Below, in pieces: positions 54,032 to 63,841 of a DNA stretch of 64,000 bases. A model generated the notes under the pieces. The model ran no database searches and was not told where the DNA came from. It saw only the letters and a list, made by a program, of their open reading frames with translations. A program made the translations under genes and the position numbers. The DNA comes from Erysipelotrichaceae bacterium UBA2227. GTDB taxonomy: Bacteria > Bacillota_I > Bacilli_A > Erysipelotrichales > Erysipelotrichaceae. The stretch is from NCBI GenBank assembly GCA_002348095.1, contig DDYT01000065.1:91526-155525 (forward strand), written 5' to 3'. The stretch's first letter is position 1, and every line of letters begins with the position of its first letter.

Positions 54032-54121
54032 AGGCGCCTCCTTGTAAATGTATGATAACATACCAAAAATCTTTTTTGTAAAAAATATGGAAAAATGTAA
54101 CCGCTGCCATAAAATATTAAG

Positions 54122-54150
54122 TTGAATCCCTTTTGCCGGTGTGATATAAA
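54122..54150 (+). promoter_or_regulatory. Candidate promoter of the hydrogenase operon
   Basis: TTGAAT (54122-54127), a 17-nt spacer, then extended -10 TGaTATAAA (54142-54150). Confidence 0.5.
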
Positions 54151-54186
54151 TATATATGTGAAATAATTAACGAAAGGTTGAATACA

Positions 54187-55680
54187 ATGGGTCTATTCGA
54201 TCATGAAGCAAGGCAGTTTAAATTTGATGTTCTTCGGGAAGTTGCGGTGCATACTTATGAAAATACGCTGACTCCAAACATTGAGGATGAGTTGGCGTAT
54301 AAACTCATACCTACGACAAAGGCGGATTTCCGCTGTTGTGTCTATAAAGAAAGAGAAATTATCCGCCAACGTACACGGTTGGCTATCGGTAAATCACCGA
54401 ACATCCGACGCAAGGAAGATATAAGGCCGAAGCAGATTGTTCAAGTGCTTGAGGCAGCTTGTGATGGGTGTACGATCAAAAAGATTCAAATCACCGATAA
54501 CTGTCGTAAGTGCATGGCAAAAAGCTGTGTCAGTGCATGTAAGTTCGATGCGATTAAAATGGGGGCTGATCGAGCTGTGATCGATCACGACAAGTGTAAA
54601 GAGTGTGGCGCTTGTGTTAAGGTTTGCCCCTTTCACGCTATCGTAGAGACGACTCGACCATGCAAAGCATCTTGTGCAGTTGATGCTATCACCATGGATG
54701 AAAACGGGATTGCGCAAATCGATGAAGACAAGTGTATCAACTGTGCTGCCTGTCAGTCAGCTTGCCCGTTTGGTGCCATTGAAGATACTTCTTGGATCGT
54801 TCCGGTCATTCAACTGATCAAACTTGATACCCCGATCATCGCGATGATAGCTCCTTCAATACAGGGGCAATTTGACTCAGCGACACTTGATCAAATAAAA
54901 GCAGGGATAAAGATGCTCGGATTCAGTGATGTGGCCGAAGTGGCTGTTGGTGCTGATGCTGTCGCATGGTATGAGAAGAATGAGCTAAAAGAAAAGATGG
55001 CTGAAGGCATTCCGATGACCACATCGTGCTGCCCGGCATTTTTGAATCTTGCGAGACAGCATTTTCCAACCGTCTATGAGAAGAATATGTCGACGATGGC
55101 ATCACCAATAATTGTAATGGCCCGTATGCTTAAGAAAAAACATCCCCAAACCGGTATCGTCTTCATCGGGCCGTGCGTAGCAAAAAAACAAGAAGCAATG
55201 TCCGACGGGATGTTTCCGGATGTAGATTATGTACTGACCTATGAGGAAGTAGCAGCGATGCTTGTGGCAAAGCGGATTTATCTCAATGAAATAAAAGCAG
55301 AGGTTCGCGTAGAATCCAGTGTCTTCGGACGAAACTTTGCCTTTGGTTCGGGTGTTTCAAAAGCATTGGTTCAGGCGGCTGCGGAAGATGGCGGAATTGT
55401 GATTCGAAGTGAATATGCGGATGGCTGTTTGGAATGCAAGAAACAACTCATGATTATGAAAGCAGGAAGATTTACAGCAGATATACTTGAAGGGATGTCT
55501 TGTAAAGGCGGTTGCGGAAACGGACCGGCTATCATCGATAACTCAATCAAAGTGAAAGTCCGTTTCGATTTAGAAAACGCTCCCTATAAAGGAAAAAAGA
55601 TTGTTGATACAGTTACTAAATATGGATTCGATGAAACGGATATACACAGACATGCAGCAAAGGAGATAAAATCATGGTAA
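54187..55680 (+). CDS. [FeFe]-hydrogenase, multi-FeS monomeric type (group B-like)
   Basis: H-cluster motifs TSCCP, GPCVAKKQE and EGMSCKGGCGNGP. Several CxxCxxCxxxCP ferredoxin motifs lie upstream. The N-terminal ARQFKFDVLREVA segment is typical, from memory, of the B1/B3 family. Confidence 0.8.
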   Translation: MGLFDHEARQFKFDVLREVAVHTYENTLTPNIEDELAYKLIPTTKADFRCCVYKEREIIRQRTRLAIGKSPNIRRKEDIRPKQIVQVLEAACDGCTIKKIQITDNCRKCMAKSCVSACKFDAIKMGADRAVIDHDKCKECGACVKVCPFHAIVETTRPCKASCAVDAITMDENGIAQIDEDKCINCAACQSACPFGAIEDTSWIVPVIQLIKLDTPIIAMIAPSIQGQFDSATLDQIKAGIKMLGFSDVAEVAVGADAVAWYEKNELKEKMAEGIPMTTSCCPAFLNLARQHFPTVYEKNMSTMASPIIVMARMLKKKHPQTGIVFIGPCVAKKQEAMSDGMFPDVDYVLTYEEVAAMLVAKRIYLNEIKAEVRVESSVFGRNFAFGSGVSKALVQAAAEDGGIVIRSEYADGCLECKKQLMIMKAGRFTADILEGMSCKGGCGNGPAIIDNSIKVKVRFDLENAPYKGKKIVDTVTKYGFDETDIHRHAAKEIKSW

Positions 55681-55922
55681 CCATCGAGATATGTATCGGA
55701 AGTTCATGTTATGTCAGGGGAGCAAACAAAGTTGTTGAATGTGTCAATGCCTGGATAGAACAGTTTGAGTGGGAACAACAGGTAAAAGTAAAAGGTGCCT
55801 TTTGCATGGGATTATGTTCACAGGGACTAGGTGTAAAAATCAACGGACAGCCCATCAGCGGATTAGGTCTGCATAATATGGAGACGATATTACTGCCCTT
55901 GATCCGGCAGGCACTGGTGTGA
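55674..55922 (+). CDS. Thioredoxin-like [2Fe-2S] ferredoxin (NuoE/HydC-like)
   Basis: 82 aa with CIGSSC...CMGLC four-Cys pattern. It overlaps the upstream gene by 7 nt and has an AAGGAG RBS. Confidence 0.7.
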   Translation: MVTIEICIGSSCYVRGANKVVECVNAWIEQFEWEQQVKVKGAFCMGLCSQGLGVKINGQPISGLGLHNMETILLPLIRQALV

Positions 55923-55923
55923 T

Positions 55924-57582
55924 ATGTCAATCATCGATCTTCAAGAAAAGAACTGCAAAAACTGCCATCACTGTGTTCGCAACTGCCCGGTCAAAGCCAT
56001 CAGTTTCTCAACAGGGAAACCCGTCATTGTTGAAGAGGAATGTATCCTGTGCGGCAATTGTTATGTGATATGCCCGCATCATGCCAAAAAGGTTAACAGC
56101 GATATCGACAGAGTCAAAGCGTGGTTCAACAGCAACGATCGGATTCATATCAGTTTGGCACCCAGTTTTATTGGACTGTTGCAATCCGAAACCCGAATGA
56201 AAGAAATGTTGCTTGAAATGGGTTTTACCAGCATCGAAGAGACAGCGATCGGTGCGGCGGAGGTCTCAGCACATTATCGGAAACTGTGCGGACAGGGACA
56301 TATGAGCAATATCATTTCAACCTGCTGCCCTGTTGTGGTTAAGCTTATTCAAACAAGATTTCCTCAGCTGTTAAGTCAATTAGCTCCGGTCATTTCGCCG
56401 ATGCGAGCCTCAGGAAAACTGATAAAAGAAAAGTATCCGCAAGATAAAGTCGTTTTTATCGGCCCGTGCATCGCAAAAATCGAGGAAGGAGTCAACTGCG
56501 AGGAGATCGATGCGGTATTGACCTTTGAAGATTTATTCGATTTTGCTCAGGTTGATAAGCAGGAATACTTTTCATCATCCTTTTTCGGGGACATTGCGCG
56601 CAGTTACCCGGCAACCGGAGGAATTTTACAAACGATAAATGGCGGTCAGAAGAAATATCAGATGATGGCTGTGGATGGAATCGGTCCGGTGATTGACTGC
56701 CTCTTAGCTATTGTTGATCATCAGATCGAAGGTGTATTTATCGAAATGTCGGCGTGCACCGGTTCTTGTTTGGGAGGTCCGATGCTTAAAGGTGCGCAAC
56801 AACGTCGGTGGAAGGCGCAGCAGATCTTGAGTGTAACAAGTCAGAATAATTACTGGCCGATGTATCAGATTCAGAGTGAATGTCATACACAATACCCTCA
56901 AATCCCTCTAAAACAACAAACATTCTCTTCTCAGCAAATCGGCCAGGTATTGCGCAGTCTTGGAAAAACAACGAAAGAGCATGAACTTAACTGCGGGGCA
57001 TGCGGTTACGAGACCTGCAAAGCGAAAGCCATCGGCGTGCTTGAAGGCAAAGCAGATCCGCATCTGTGTTTGCCTTTTGCACTCGAACAGGCACAATCAA
57101 TATCGAATCTGATTATCGAGCATACGCCCAACGGGATCATCGTTGTGAATGAACATGAAATGATCAAAGAAATCAACCCGGCTGCGCGGGAGTATTTGGA
57201 TTGTGTCAATTATCCGGTCATCCATTGGCCGTTGGAAGCTATTTTGCCTAACGAAGAAATCTGTTCCGAATTGCGAACTCTTGCGGAAGTACGATATTTT
57301 ACCAAAGAATATCCGCATCTCAGCAAGACTTTTCATCATGCGTTGATTCCGATTCCTAAACAAAACATCAATGTCATCATCCTGATGGATTTGACTGAAG
57401 AAAAGAATAAAGAACGGAAAATCAAAGAATATCGTCAGACTATCATGGACATCACACAAAAAGTTATTGATGAGCAAATGAGAACCGTTCAGGAAATAGC
57501 GTCTTTGTTAGGCGAAACCACTGCGAAAAGCAAGATTGCATTAACACAGCTGAAGAAGACGGTTGAGGAAGAATCACAATGA
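55924..57582 (+). CDS. hydS: Sensory-type [FeFe]-hydrogenase homologue with C-terminal FeS motif and PAS domain (HydS-like, group C)
   Basis: Two N-terminal 4Fe-4S motifs. H-cluster motifs STCCP, GPCIAKIEE and EMSACTGSCLGGP. These are followed by CGACGYETC...C and a PAS-like segment (IEHTPNGIIVVNEHEMIKEINPAAREYL). Confidence 0.75.
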   Translation: MSIIDLQEKNCKNCHHCVRNCPVKAISFSTGKPVIVEEECILCGNCYVICPHHAKKVNSDIDRVKAWFNSNDRIHISLAPSFIGLLQSETRMKEMLLEMGFTSIEETAIGAAEVSAHYRKLCGQGHMSNIISTCCPVVVKLIQTRFPQLLSQLAPVISPMRASGKLIKEKYPQDKVVFIGPCIAKIEEGVNCEEIDAVLTFEDLFDFAQVDKQEYFSSSFFGDIARSYPATGGILQTINGGQKKYQMMAVDGIGPVIDCLLAIVDHQIEGVFIEMSACTGSCLGGPMLKGAQQRRWKAQQILSVTSQNNYWPMYQIQSECHTQYPQIPLKQQTFSSQQIGQVLRSLGKTTKEHELNCGACGYETCKAKAIGVLEGKADPHLCLPFALEQAQSISNLIIEHTPNGIIVVNEHEMIKEINPAAREYLDCVNYPVIHWPLEAILPNEEICSELRTLAEVRYFTKEYPHLSKTFHHALIPIPKQNINVIILMDLTEEKNKERKIKEYRQTIMDITQKVIDEQMRTVQEIASLLGETTAKSKIALTQLKKTVEEESQ

Positions 57583-58757
57583 AAGTCGCTGTCGATGCAT
57601 ATTATCAATCCCTAAATAAGCACAATGAAGAACTATGCGGCGATCGGGTATCGGTCATTCATACATCTCACTCATTTATTTGCGTTCTTGCTGATGGATT
57701 GGGAAGTGGTGTCAAAGCAAACATCTTGGCGACATTGACTTCGACCATACTGGCGGAAATGCTAAAAAACGGCATTGAACTTCATGAAGCGGTCTATACA
57801 CTGACATCAACCCTACCAACCTGTAAAGAACGACAGGTTGCTTACAGTACATTTTCGACGCTTCAGGTATTCAATAACGGAGAAGCTGTACTGATTGAGT
57901 TTGATAATCCCAAAGCAATCATCTTGCGGAACGGTATAGAAGTCGAAGTCGCACGACACACGATACGAATACAGAATCGCATGGTCGTTGAAAGCCGTTT
58001 TAAATGCAAGCCTCAGGATGTGATCGTTTTGGTATCCGACGGTGTATTACACGCCGGACTGGGTACTATATTGAATTTCGGATGGAAACGTAAAGATGTT
58101 ATTCAACATTTGCGATCAACAATGCGAAAGAATGATAAAGCACGGGATATTGGCGAAAATCTGATCATCGTGGTCAACGACTTGTACCAGAACACCCCTA
58201 TGGATGATTCGACCGTCGTTGTGGCCCGTATCGCTGATCGAACGAAAACTTTCGTTATGGTCGGCCCTCCCAAAGAAACCAGTGATGACGATCAAACCGT
58301 AATGCAATTGTTGTCGGCTGATGGCAAGAAGATTGTCTGTGGCGGCACAACAGCACAAATCGTTGCCCGTTTCTTAAAAGAAGATATCCGAATAGATGAA
58401 AATATTTCGCTCAACAGCGACTTGCCACCCATGGCGATGATCAAAGGGATCGATTTGGTCACCGAAGGTGTTTTGACGCTGGGACGGGTTGTTGACCTTC
58501 TGGTAGACTGCGTTTCGTCCAAACAGCAATTGGATCACCTCTGCTCAATCGAGGCGAAGGACGGCGCTGTCAAGATGGTCCAAATGTTGCTGTCAGAGTG
58601 CTCCGAAATCGTCTTTCTCGCCGGCCTTGCGGATAACCCGGCACACAGTCAGGTGGCTTACTCACCTTTATCGTTACGATTTAAAGTCCGATTGATTGAG
58701 CGTATTGCTGAGCATTTGCGAAGCCTTGGGAAAATCGTTTCCGTCGTACAATGTTAG
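57579..58757 (+). CDS. PP2C/SpoIIE-family serine phosphatase with an unassigned C-terminal domain of about 170 aa
   Basis: ELCGDRV, LADGLGSG, VSDGVLH and DDSTVVV metal-binding motifs lie in aa 1-218. I recognise no motif in aa 222-392. ATGA overlap with hydS. Confidence 0.75.
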   Translation: MKVAVDAYYQSLNKHNEELCGDRVSVIHTSHSFICVLADGLGSGVKANILATLTSTILAEMLKNGIELHEAVYTLTSTLPTCKERQVAYSTFSTLQVFNNGEAVLIEFDNPKAIILRNGIEVEVARHTIRIQNRMVVESRFKCKPQDVIVLVSDGVLHAGLGTILNFGWKRKDVIQHLRSTMRKNDKARDIGENLIIVVNDLYQNTPMDDSTVVVARIADRTKTFVMVGPPKETSDDDQTVMQLLSADGKKIVCGGTTAQIVARFLKEDIRIDENISLNSDLPPMAMIKGIDLVTEGVLTLGRVVDLLVDCVSSKQQLDHLCSIEAKDGAVKMVQMLLSECSEIVFLAGLADNPAHSQVAYSPLSLRFKVRLIERIAEHLRSLGKIVSVVQC

Positions 58758-58778
58758 TCTGCCTATGGCAGGCTTTTC
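58756..58778 (+). terminator. Rho-independent terminator after the hydrogenase/phosphatase operon
   Basis: AGTCTGCC-TATG-GGCAGGCT followed by TTTT. Confidence 0.65.
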
Positions 58779-58850
58779 CTTTGGTTGCGTAGTGTGAAAA
58801 AAATCTGAAAATGATATAATGGGATTGAACCGAATGGACGGGGTGATTTT

Positions 58851-59333
58851 GTGCGTATCGGGCAATCCACGGATATACATGCATTTACAGAGGGCAGACC
58901 TCTGATTTTAGGCGGTGTAGAGATTGAACATTCCATGGGTTTGTTGGGGCATTCGGATGCGGATGTGCTTCTGCATGCAATCAGCGAATCGATCATCGGT
59001 GCGTTGGGACTTGGGGATATCGGCAAACATTTTCCGGATACTGACCCATCATATCAAGGGATATCTTCATTGATCCTATTGGAAAAGACAGCAGAGTTGA
59101 TGGATCAGCAAGGCTATCAGCTGGTTAATCTTGACAGCCTGATTTTGATTGAAAAACCCAGAATAGCCCCTTATATTCAAGAAATGAAAGCAAATATTGC
59201 AAAAGCATTACACTGTAATGATTCACAAATCAACGTGAAGGCAACCCGTGGTGAAAAATTGGGATTTATCGGACGTCAGGAAGGTGTGATGGCGCAGGCT
59301 GTCGTATTATTAGAGAGGAAATCAGTAAAATGA
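58851..59333 (+). CDS. ispF: 2-C-methyl-D-erythritol 2,4-cyclodiphosphate synthase
   Basis: [20 protein letters not shown] and [11 protein letters not shown] motifs. GTG start after GGGGTGA. Confidence 0.9.
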   Translation: MRIGQSTDIHAFTEGRPLILGGVEIEHSMGLLGHSDADVLLHAISESIIGALGLGDIGKHFPDTDPSYQGISSLILLEKTAELMDQQGYQLVNLDSLILIEKPRIAPYIQEMKANIAKALHCNDSQINVKATRGEKLGFIGRQEGVMAQAVVLLERKSVK

Positions 59334-60763
59334 AAAGAGTTCGTGTGCGTTATGCACCTAGTCCGACCGGACATTTGCATATCGGAAATGCGCGCACCGC
59401 ATTATTTAATTATCTTTTTGCCAAACATTATGATGGGGATTTTGTATTGAGGATCGAAGATACCGATATTGAGCGGAATGTAGAAGGCGGTGAAGAATCA
59501 CAGCTCTACTATATGCATTGGCTGGGGATCGATCCGGACGAATCTCCTCAACACCCCGGAGCCTATGGGCCGTATCGTCAGATGGAGCGTTTGGATATCT
59601 ATAAAAAACATACCGACTGGTTGATTGAACACGGGTTTGCATACAAGTGCTATTGCACTTCTCAAGAGTTAGATGAAGATTATCAGAAACAAGTGGATGC
59701 CGGTCATGCATCGACCCGCTATAATCGCAAGTGTCTGCACTTAAGCAAAAAACAGCGCGAAGAAAACGATCAGCAGCAACTGCCGTATACCGTCCGGATC
59801 CGTGTTCCGGAAAACGAAACGTATGCGTTTGAAGATATGATACGCGGGGAAGTATCCTTTGATTCCAAAGATATCGGTGATTGGGTGTTGGTAAAGGCCA
59901 ACGGAATTCCGACATATAACTATGCTGTGGTGATTGATGATTACTTGATGGCGATCACGCATGTTTTTCGAGGTGAAGAACATCTTTCCAATACACCGAA
60001 ACAGTTGATGTTATATCGTATGTTTGGTTGGGAAGAGCCGAAATTTGCTCACATGACCTTAATCGTCAATGAGCAACGCAAAAAACTGTCAAAGCGCGAT
60101 AATTCAATCATGCAATATATGAGCCAATATAAAGAACTTGGCTATCTGCCTCAGGCTATGTTCAACTTTATGGCTTTGTTGGGGTGGTCTCCGGAATCAG
60201 AGCAGGAGATTTTCAGTCATGATGAACTGATCAGAGTATTTGATGAGAAGCGATTATCAAAGTCTCCTTCTATGTTTGACAAGCAAAAACTGACTTGGGT
60301 CAATAACCGCTATATAAAGGAACTTCCGTTGTCAGAAGTTGTTGCCCTTTGCAAACCGTTTCTGGAAAAGGATTTTGACATAAGCGAGCGAAGTGATGAT
60401 TGGATAGAAAAACTGATTTCATTATTTCACGATCAATTATCTTACGGTCATCAAATCACTGAACTGGCCAGGTTGTTCTTTGATGCCCCTGCACAGCTTG
60501 AAGATGATGCAAAAGAAGCATTGGCATGGGAAACGACACCGCTGATCGCTAAGTCGTTCATCGAGCATCTGCCATTGGATTGGTCAGTAGAAAATCTCAA
60601 GCTTACGATGGATGCAGTAAAAAATGAAACAAAAATCAAAGGGAAACCATTGTTTATGGGACTTCGTGCGGCTTTGACCGGTCAGTGTCATGGACCGGAC
60701 TTGATGAGCACTGTTTATTTGTTAGGAAAAGAAGAAGTAAGAAGACGGTTGGAGAATATTTAG
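59330..60763 (+). CDS. gltX: Glutamyl-tRNA synthetase
   Basis: [14 protein letters not shown] (HIGH) and KLSKR (KMSKS) motifs. ATGA overlap with ispF. Confidence 0.95.
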   Translation: MKRVRVRYAPSPTGHLHIGNARTALFNYLFAKHYDGDFVLRIEDTDIERNVEGGEESQLYYMHWLGIDPDESPQHPGAYGPYRQMERLDIYKKHTDWLIEHGFAYKCYCTSQELDEDYQKQVDAGHASTRYNRKCLHLSKKQREENDQQQLPYTVRIRVPENETYAFEDMIRGEVSFDSKDIGDWVLVKANGIPTYNYAVVIDDYLMAITHVFRGEEHLSNTPKQLMLYRMFGWEEPKFAHMTLIVNEQRKKLSKRDNSIMQYMSQYKELGYLPQAMFNFMALLGWSPESEQEIFSHDELIRVFDEKRLSKSPSMFDKQKLTWVNNRYIKELPLSEVVALCKPFLEKDFDISERSDDWIEKLISLFHDQLSYGHQITELARLFFDAPAQLEDDAKEALAWETTPLIAKSFIEHLPLDWSVENLKLTMDAVKNETKIKGKPLFMGLRAALTGQCHGPDLMSTVYLLGKEEVRRRLENI

Positions 60764-60783
60764 TCCATTGGGGAGGTGGTCGT

Positions 60784-62022
60784 ATGTTTGAGCTGTTGGC
60801 AGAGAAGAAGGTCATGCGTGATCCGATTCATGAGTATATCCACATACATTACAAGGTCATTTGGGATAGTATTGATTCTCCGGAATTTCAGCGGTTACGA
60901 AGGATCCACCAATTGGGGCCGACATTTCAGGTATATCATACGGCGGAACACTCGCGGTTCTCTCATTCGCTGGGGGTCTATGAAATCGTCCGTCGGATGG
61001 TGGAAGAAGTTGAAGGGGTAAAAGATCATTTGAGCGAATTTGAGCAGGTCGCTGTCATGTTGGCAGGATTGCTTCATGACCTCGGTCACGGGCCTTTCTC
61101 TCATGCTTTTGAGCTGATTCAAAATCATCACCATGAGTATTATACGGAGCAGATCCTGCTAAAAGACAGCAACATTCATCACATCCTTGTTAAGGCAGAT
61201 GTCAACTTGCCCAAAGCCGTGGCGGATATCATTGCGCACCGACACCCCAATAAGCTGCTTACTCAGATGATTTCCGGACAGTTGGATGCCGACCGGATGG
61301 ATTATCTGCTAAGAGATGCCTATTTTACCGGGACAAGTTACGGTCAGTTTGATTTAGAGCGGATCCTGCGCACGCTTCGTATTGCAGATGATAAACTCGT
61401 TGTTAAGGAAAGCGGTATTCATACCGTTGAAGATTACATTATGGCCCGTTACCACATGTACTGGCAAGTGTATTATCATCCGGTATCGCGGAGTTTTGAG
61501 TCGGTGCTTACCAGTTTTTTCAGAAGGATGAAAGATTTATACAACCATAATCCGCTTTCATTAGCAGGATATGATATGTTTATCCCATTTCTGCGGGATG
61601 ATGTTGTGAGCATTGAAGATTATGCGGCCATGGATGAGCCGGCGTTTATGTACGGAATGTCTCAGTGCAAAAAACACCCGGATAAAATTCTTGCGGATTT
61701 GGCAAGGCGGTTGCTGACTCGGGATTTGTTCGGTTATATGGATATCGACAATGAAAAATCCATTGCGGCAATGAAGAAAAAAGTTGAATCTTGCGGATTT
61801 GATACAGAGTATTACTTTACCGTCGATCGTGCGAAACAGCAACCGTATCAGCCTTATCGCGGCAAGGAAAGTTCATTGATCTGGGTATTATTGAAAGACG
61901 GTCGGATCCGCGAGCTGTCGAATGTCTCTGTTATCGTCCAAGCCATTGTTAAAGGTGAGGATAAGAGTGATCAGAAAATGTTTTTCCCCAAAACATGTAT
62001 CGAGGTAAATCATGAACAATGA
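60784..62022 (+). CDS. HD-domain phosphohydrolase (YwfO / dNTP-triphosphohydrolase-like)
   Basis: HSRFSHSLGV, HDLGHGPFSH and DADRMDYLLRD motifs. The start is placed at ATG 60784 after GGGAGGTGG. Confidence 0.8.
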   Translation: MFELLAEKKVMRDPIHEYIHIHYKVIWDSIDSPEFQRLRRIHQLGPTFQVYHTAEHSRFSHSLGVYEIVRRMVEEVEGVKDHLSEFEQVAVMLAGLLHDLGHGPFSHAFELIQNHHHEYYTEQILLKDSNIHHILVKADVNLPKAVADIIAHRHPNKLLTQMISGQLDADRMDYLLRDAYFTGTSYGQFDLERILRTLRIADDKLVVKESGIHTVEDYIMARYHMYWQVYYHPVSRSFESVLTSFFRRMKDLYNHNPLSLAGYDMFIPFLRDDVVSIEDYAAMDEPAFMYGMSQCKKHPDKILADLARRLLTRDLFGYMDIDNEKSIAAMKKKVESCGFDTEYYFTVDRAKQQPYQPYRGKESSLIWVLLKDGRIRELSNVSVIVQAIVKGEDKSDQKMFFPKTCIEVNHEQ

Positions 62023-63253
62023 GTTTAAACTGCGCAGAGAGCGTATTCTGGCTGAGCTGCCACTAAACAGTATGGTTTTATTATTTGCGGGAAAAGGAAT
62101 AAAGCGTTCGGCTGATGCTGATTTTCCGTTTGTGGTCAATCGGAATTTTGCATATTTGACAAACATCGATGAGCCGGAAGCGGTTCTGATGATGGTTAAA
62201 CTGAAGCATCGGATCTCGACAACACTGTTTGTCCGGGATATTGACTTGACATTGCAGAAATGGAACGGAAAGTATATGTCGGTCGAGCAGGCAAAAGATT
62301 TGAGTCAAATTGATTCGGTCATTTACTTGTCGGGCTTTGATGCGACCTTCATATCACAACTTACCCGGGCGGGGGTTGAACGGGTATATCTTGATCTCGA
62401 ACGGCTGAATCTGACCGACCGACCGCTGGCTGGGGAGTTGTTTGCGAAGAAACTTAGAGAAACACATCCGGCGTTACCTATCAAGAACATCTATCCTACC
62501 ATTGCTGCGATGCGAGCCGTTAAGTCTGATGATGAAGTTGAGAAAATCAAACAATGTGTTGAGGTAACCAATCAGGCATTTAAGAGAATGGTTTCTCATA
62601 CCAGAGCTTGTGCATTTGAATATGAGTTGCAGGCAGAGTTTGAGTATGAACTCAAACGGAATGGTGCATCGCCTGCTTTCGATATGATCGTTGCCGGCGG
62701 ACAAAGAGCTACGGTTTTGCACTATGTTGAAAATAATGAATCATTAGCGGATGATGAGTTGGTACTATGCGATATGGGTGCTTCGATGCATTTGTATAAT
62801 TCAGATATTACCCGAACTTTTCCGAAGTCGGGCAAGTTCACGGAGCGTCAGAAACAGTTGTATAATGTCGTCCTGGCAGCAATGGATGCAGTATTTGCCA
62901 AAATTCGTCCGGGGGTTACGTTGAAAGAACTGAATGATGTCGTAATCGATACTTATGAGCAGCAGTTAAAGGATATCGGACTGATTCAAAACAGAAGCGA
63001 GATTTCTCAATATTATTATCATGGAGTATCTCATTTCTTAGGACTGGATGTGCATGATGTCGGTCAGATCGAAAATATGAGTTTGGTTGCGGGAAATGTA
63101 ATCACGGTTGAACCCGGACTGTACATCGAAGCAGAAAAAATCGGCATTCGAATTGAAGACGATGTGCTTGTAACTGAAGAGGGATATCGAAACTTAAGTA
63201 AGGATATCATTAAATCAATTGATGAGATTGAAGCATTAATGAGTAACAGATAA
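62012..63253 (+). CDS. pepP: Xaa-Pro aminopeptidase (M24B)
   Basis: DMGASMHLYNSDITRT, HGVSHFLGLDVHD, EPGLY and IRIEDDVLVT metal-ligand motifs. Confidence 0.85.
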   Translation: MNNEFKLRRERILAELPLNSMVLLFAGKGIKRSADADFPFVVNRNFAYLTNIDEPEAVLMMVKLKHRISTTLFVRDIDLTLQKWNGKYMSVEQAKDLSQIDSVIYLSGFDATFISQLTRAGVERVYLDLERLNLTDRPLAGELFAKKLRETHPALPIKNIYPTIAAMRAVKSDDEVEKIKQCVEVTNQAFKRMVSHTRACAFEYELQAEFEYELKRNGASPAFDMIVAGGQRATVLHYVENNESLADDELVLCDMGASMHLYNSDITRTFPKSGKFTERQKQLYNVVLAAMDAVFAKIRPGVTLKELNDVVIDTYEQQLKDIGLIQNRSEISQYYYHGVSHFLGLDVHDVGQIENMSLVAGNVITVEPGLYIEAEKIGIRIEDDVLVTEEGYRNLSKDIIKSIDEIEALMSNR

Positions 63254-63272
63254 CTTGTTTCAAAACAGGAAG

Positions 63273-63301
63273 AAAATGTACATAAAAGTGTACATTTTTT
63301 T
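63273..63301 (+). terminator. Rho-independent terminator after pepP
   Basis: AAAATGTACA-TAAAAG-TGTACATTTTTTT. Confidence 0.75.
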
Positions 63302-63421
63302 GTTTTCGACAAAAGGGATGTGTGTTTCTTAGAAGCAAGGATATGAATTCTTACGGAAACATGCTAATTCTCTTGACAAACATTGACGTTTCTATATAAT
63401 TCAAGAAGAAAAAGGTATGAT

Positions 63422-63841
63422 ATGAAACACTTGCATCCTGTCATCTGCAGAGTATCGCGTAAATCTGTTTCAGATGGTAAAAGCGAAGTCATTCATTTGG
63501 GCAAAGCGTATCTGTCCCAGTTTTCTGACGGGATTCTCTTGGTTTATCATGAGTCAGCCAACGATGAAAATTGTAAGGTTACGTTGGAGGTCAATGATGG
63601 AATCATTACTTGCCTTCGTCAAGGAGAGGCTGTCACATCATGTACGTGGCAACACCTTGCGCCTACTTCAATTTCCGTGAAGTCAAGTTTCGGTCAACAT
63701 CTTTTTGAAGTCATGACACATCTGGTCATCGTTGAAAAAGATATGGTTTTTGTCGATTATGACTTGATGGTCGATGCAGATGTAATCGATCGTATTGAAA
63801 TGAAGTGGGAGATTAAGGAGGATGTTCATGAATCAAATTGA
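63422..63841 (+). CDS. DUF1934-family protein (YwiB-like)
   Basis: About 139 aa. It sits immediately upstream of argS and overlaps it, as ywiB does in Bacillus. The promoter is TTGACA (63373-63378), a 16-nt spacer, then TATAAT (63395-63400). Confidence 0.6.
   Translation: MKHLHPVICRVSRKSVSDGKSEVIHLGKAYLSQFSDGILLVYHESANDENCKVTLEVNDGIITCLRQGEAVTSCTWQHLAPTSISVKSSFGQHLFEVMTHLVIVEKDMVFVDYDLMVDADVIDRIEMKWEIKEDVHESN

Noticed and set aside
54157-54174. Rex-like operator TGTGAAATAATTAACG at the predicted start of the hydrogenase transcript
   Set aside because: Only the left half-site matches TTGTGAA. The right half (TTAACG vs TTCACA) has 3 mismatches in 6, which is too weak to call without a genome-wide motif model. 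It is kept only as a note under the inverted-repeat finding.
59406-59915. 169-aa minus-strand ORF
   Set aside because: It is antisense inside gltX, whose HIGH/KMSKS motifs confirm the plus-strand frame. I recognise no motifs in it.
63306-63421. Possible T-box or other leader upstream of DUF1934-argS
   Set aside because: The region is only about 115 nt. It contains a promoter but no GGTGG-type T-box core, no AGAGA/GNUGGNA stem-I motifs and no terminator.
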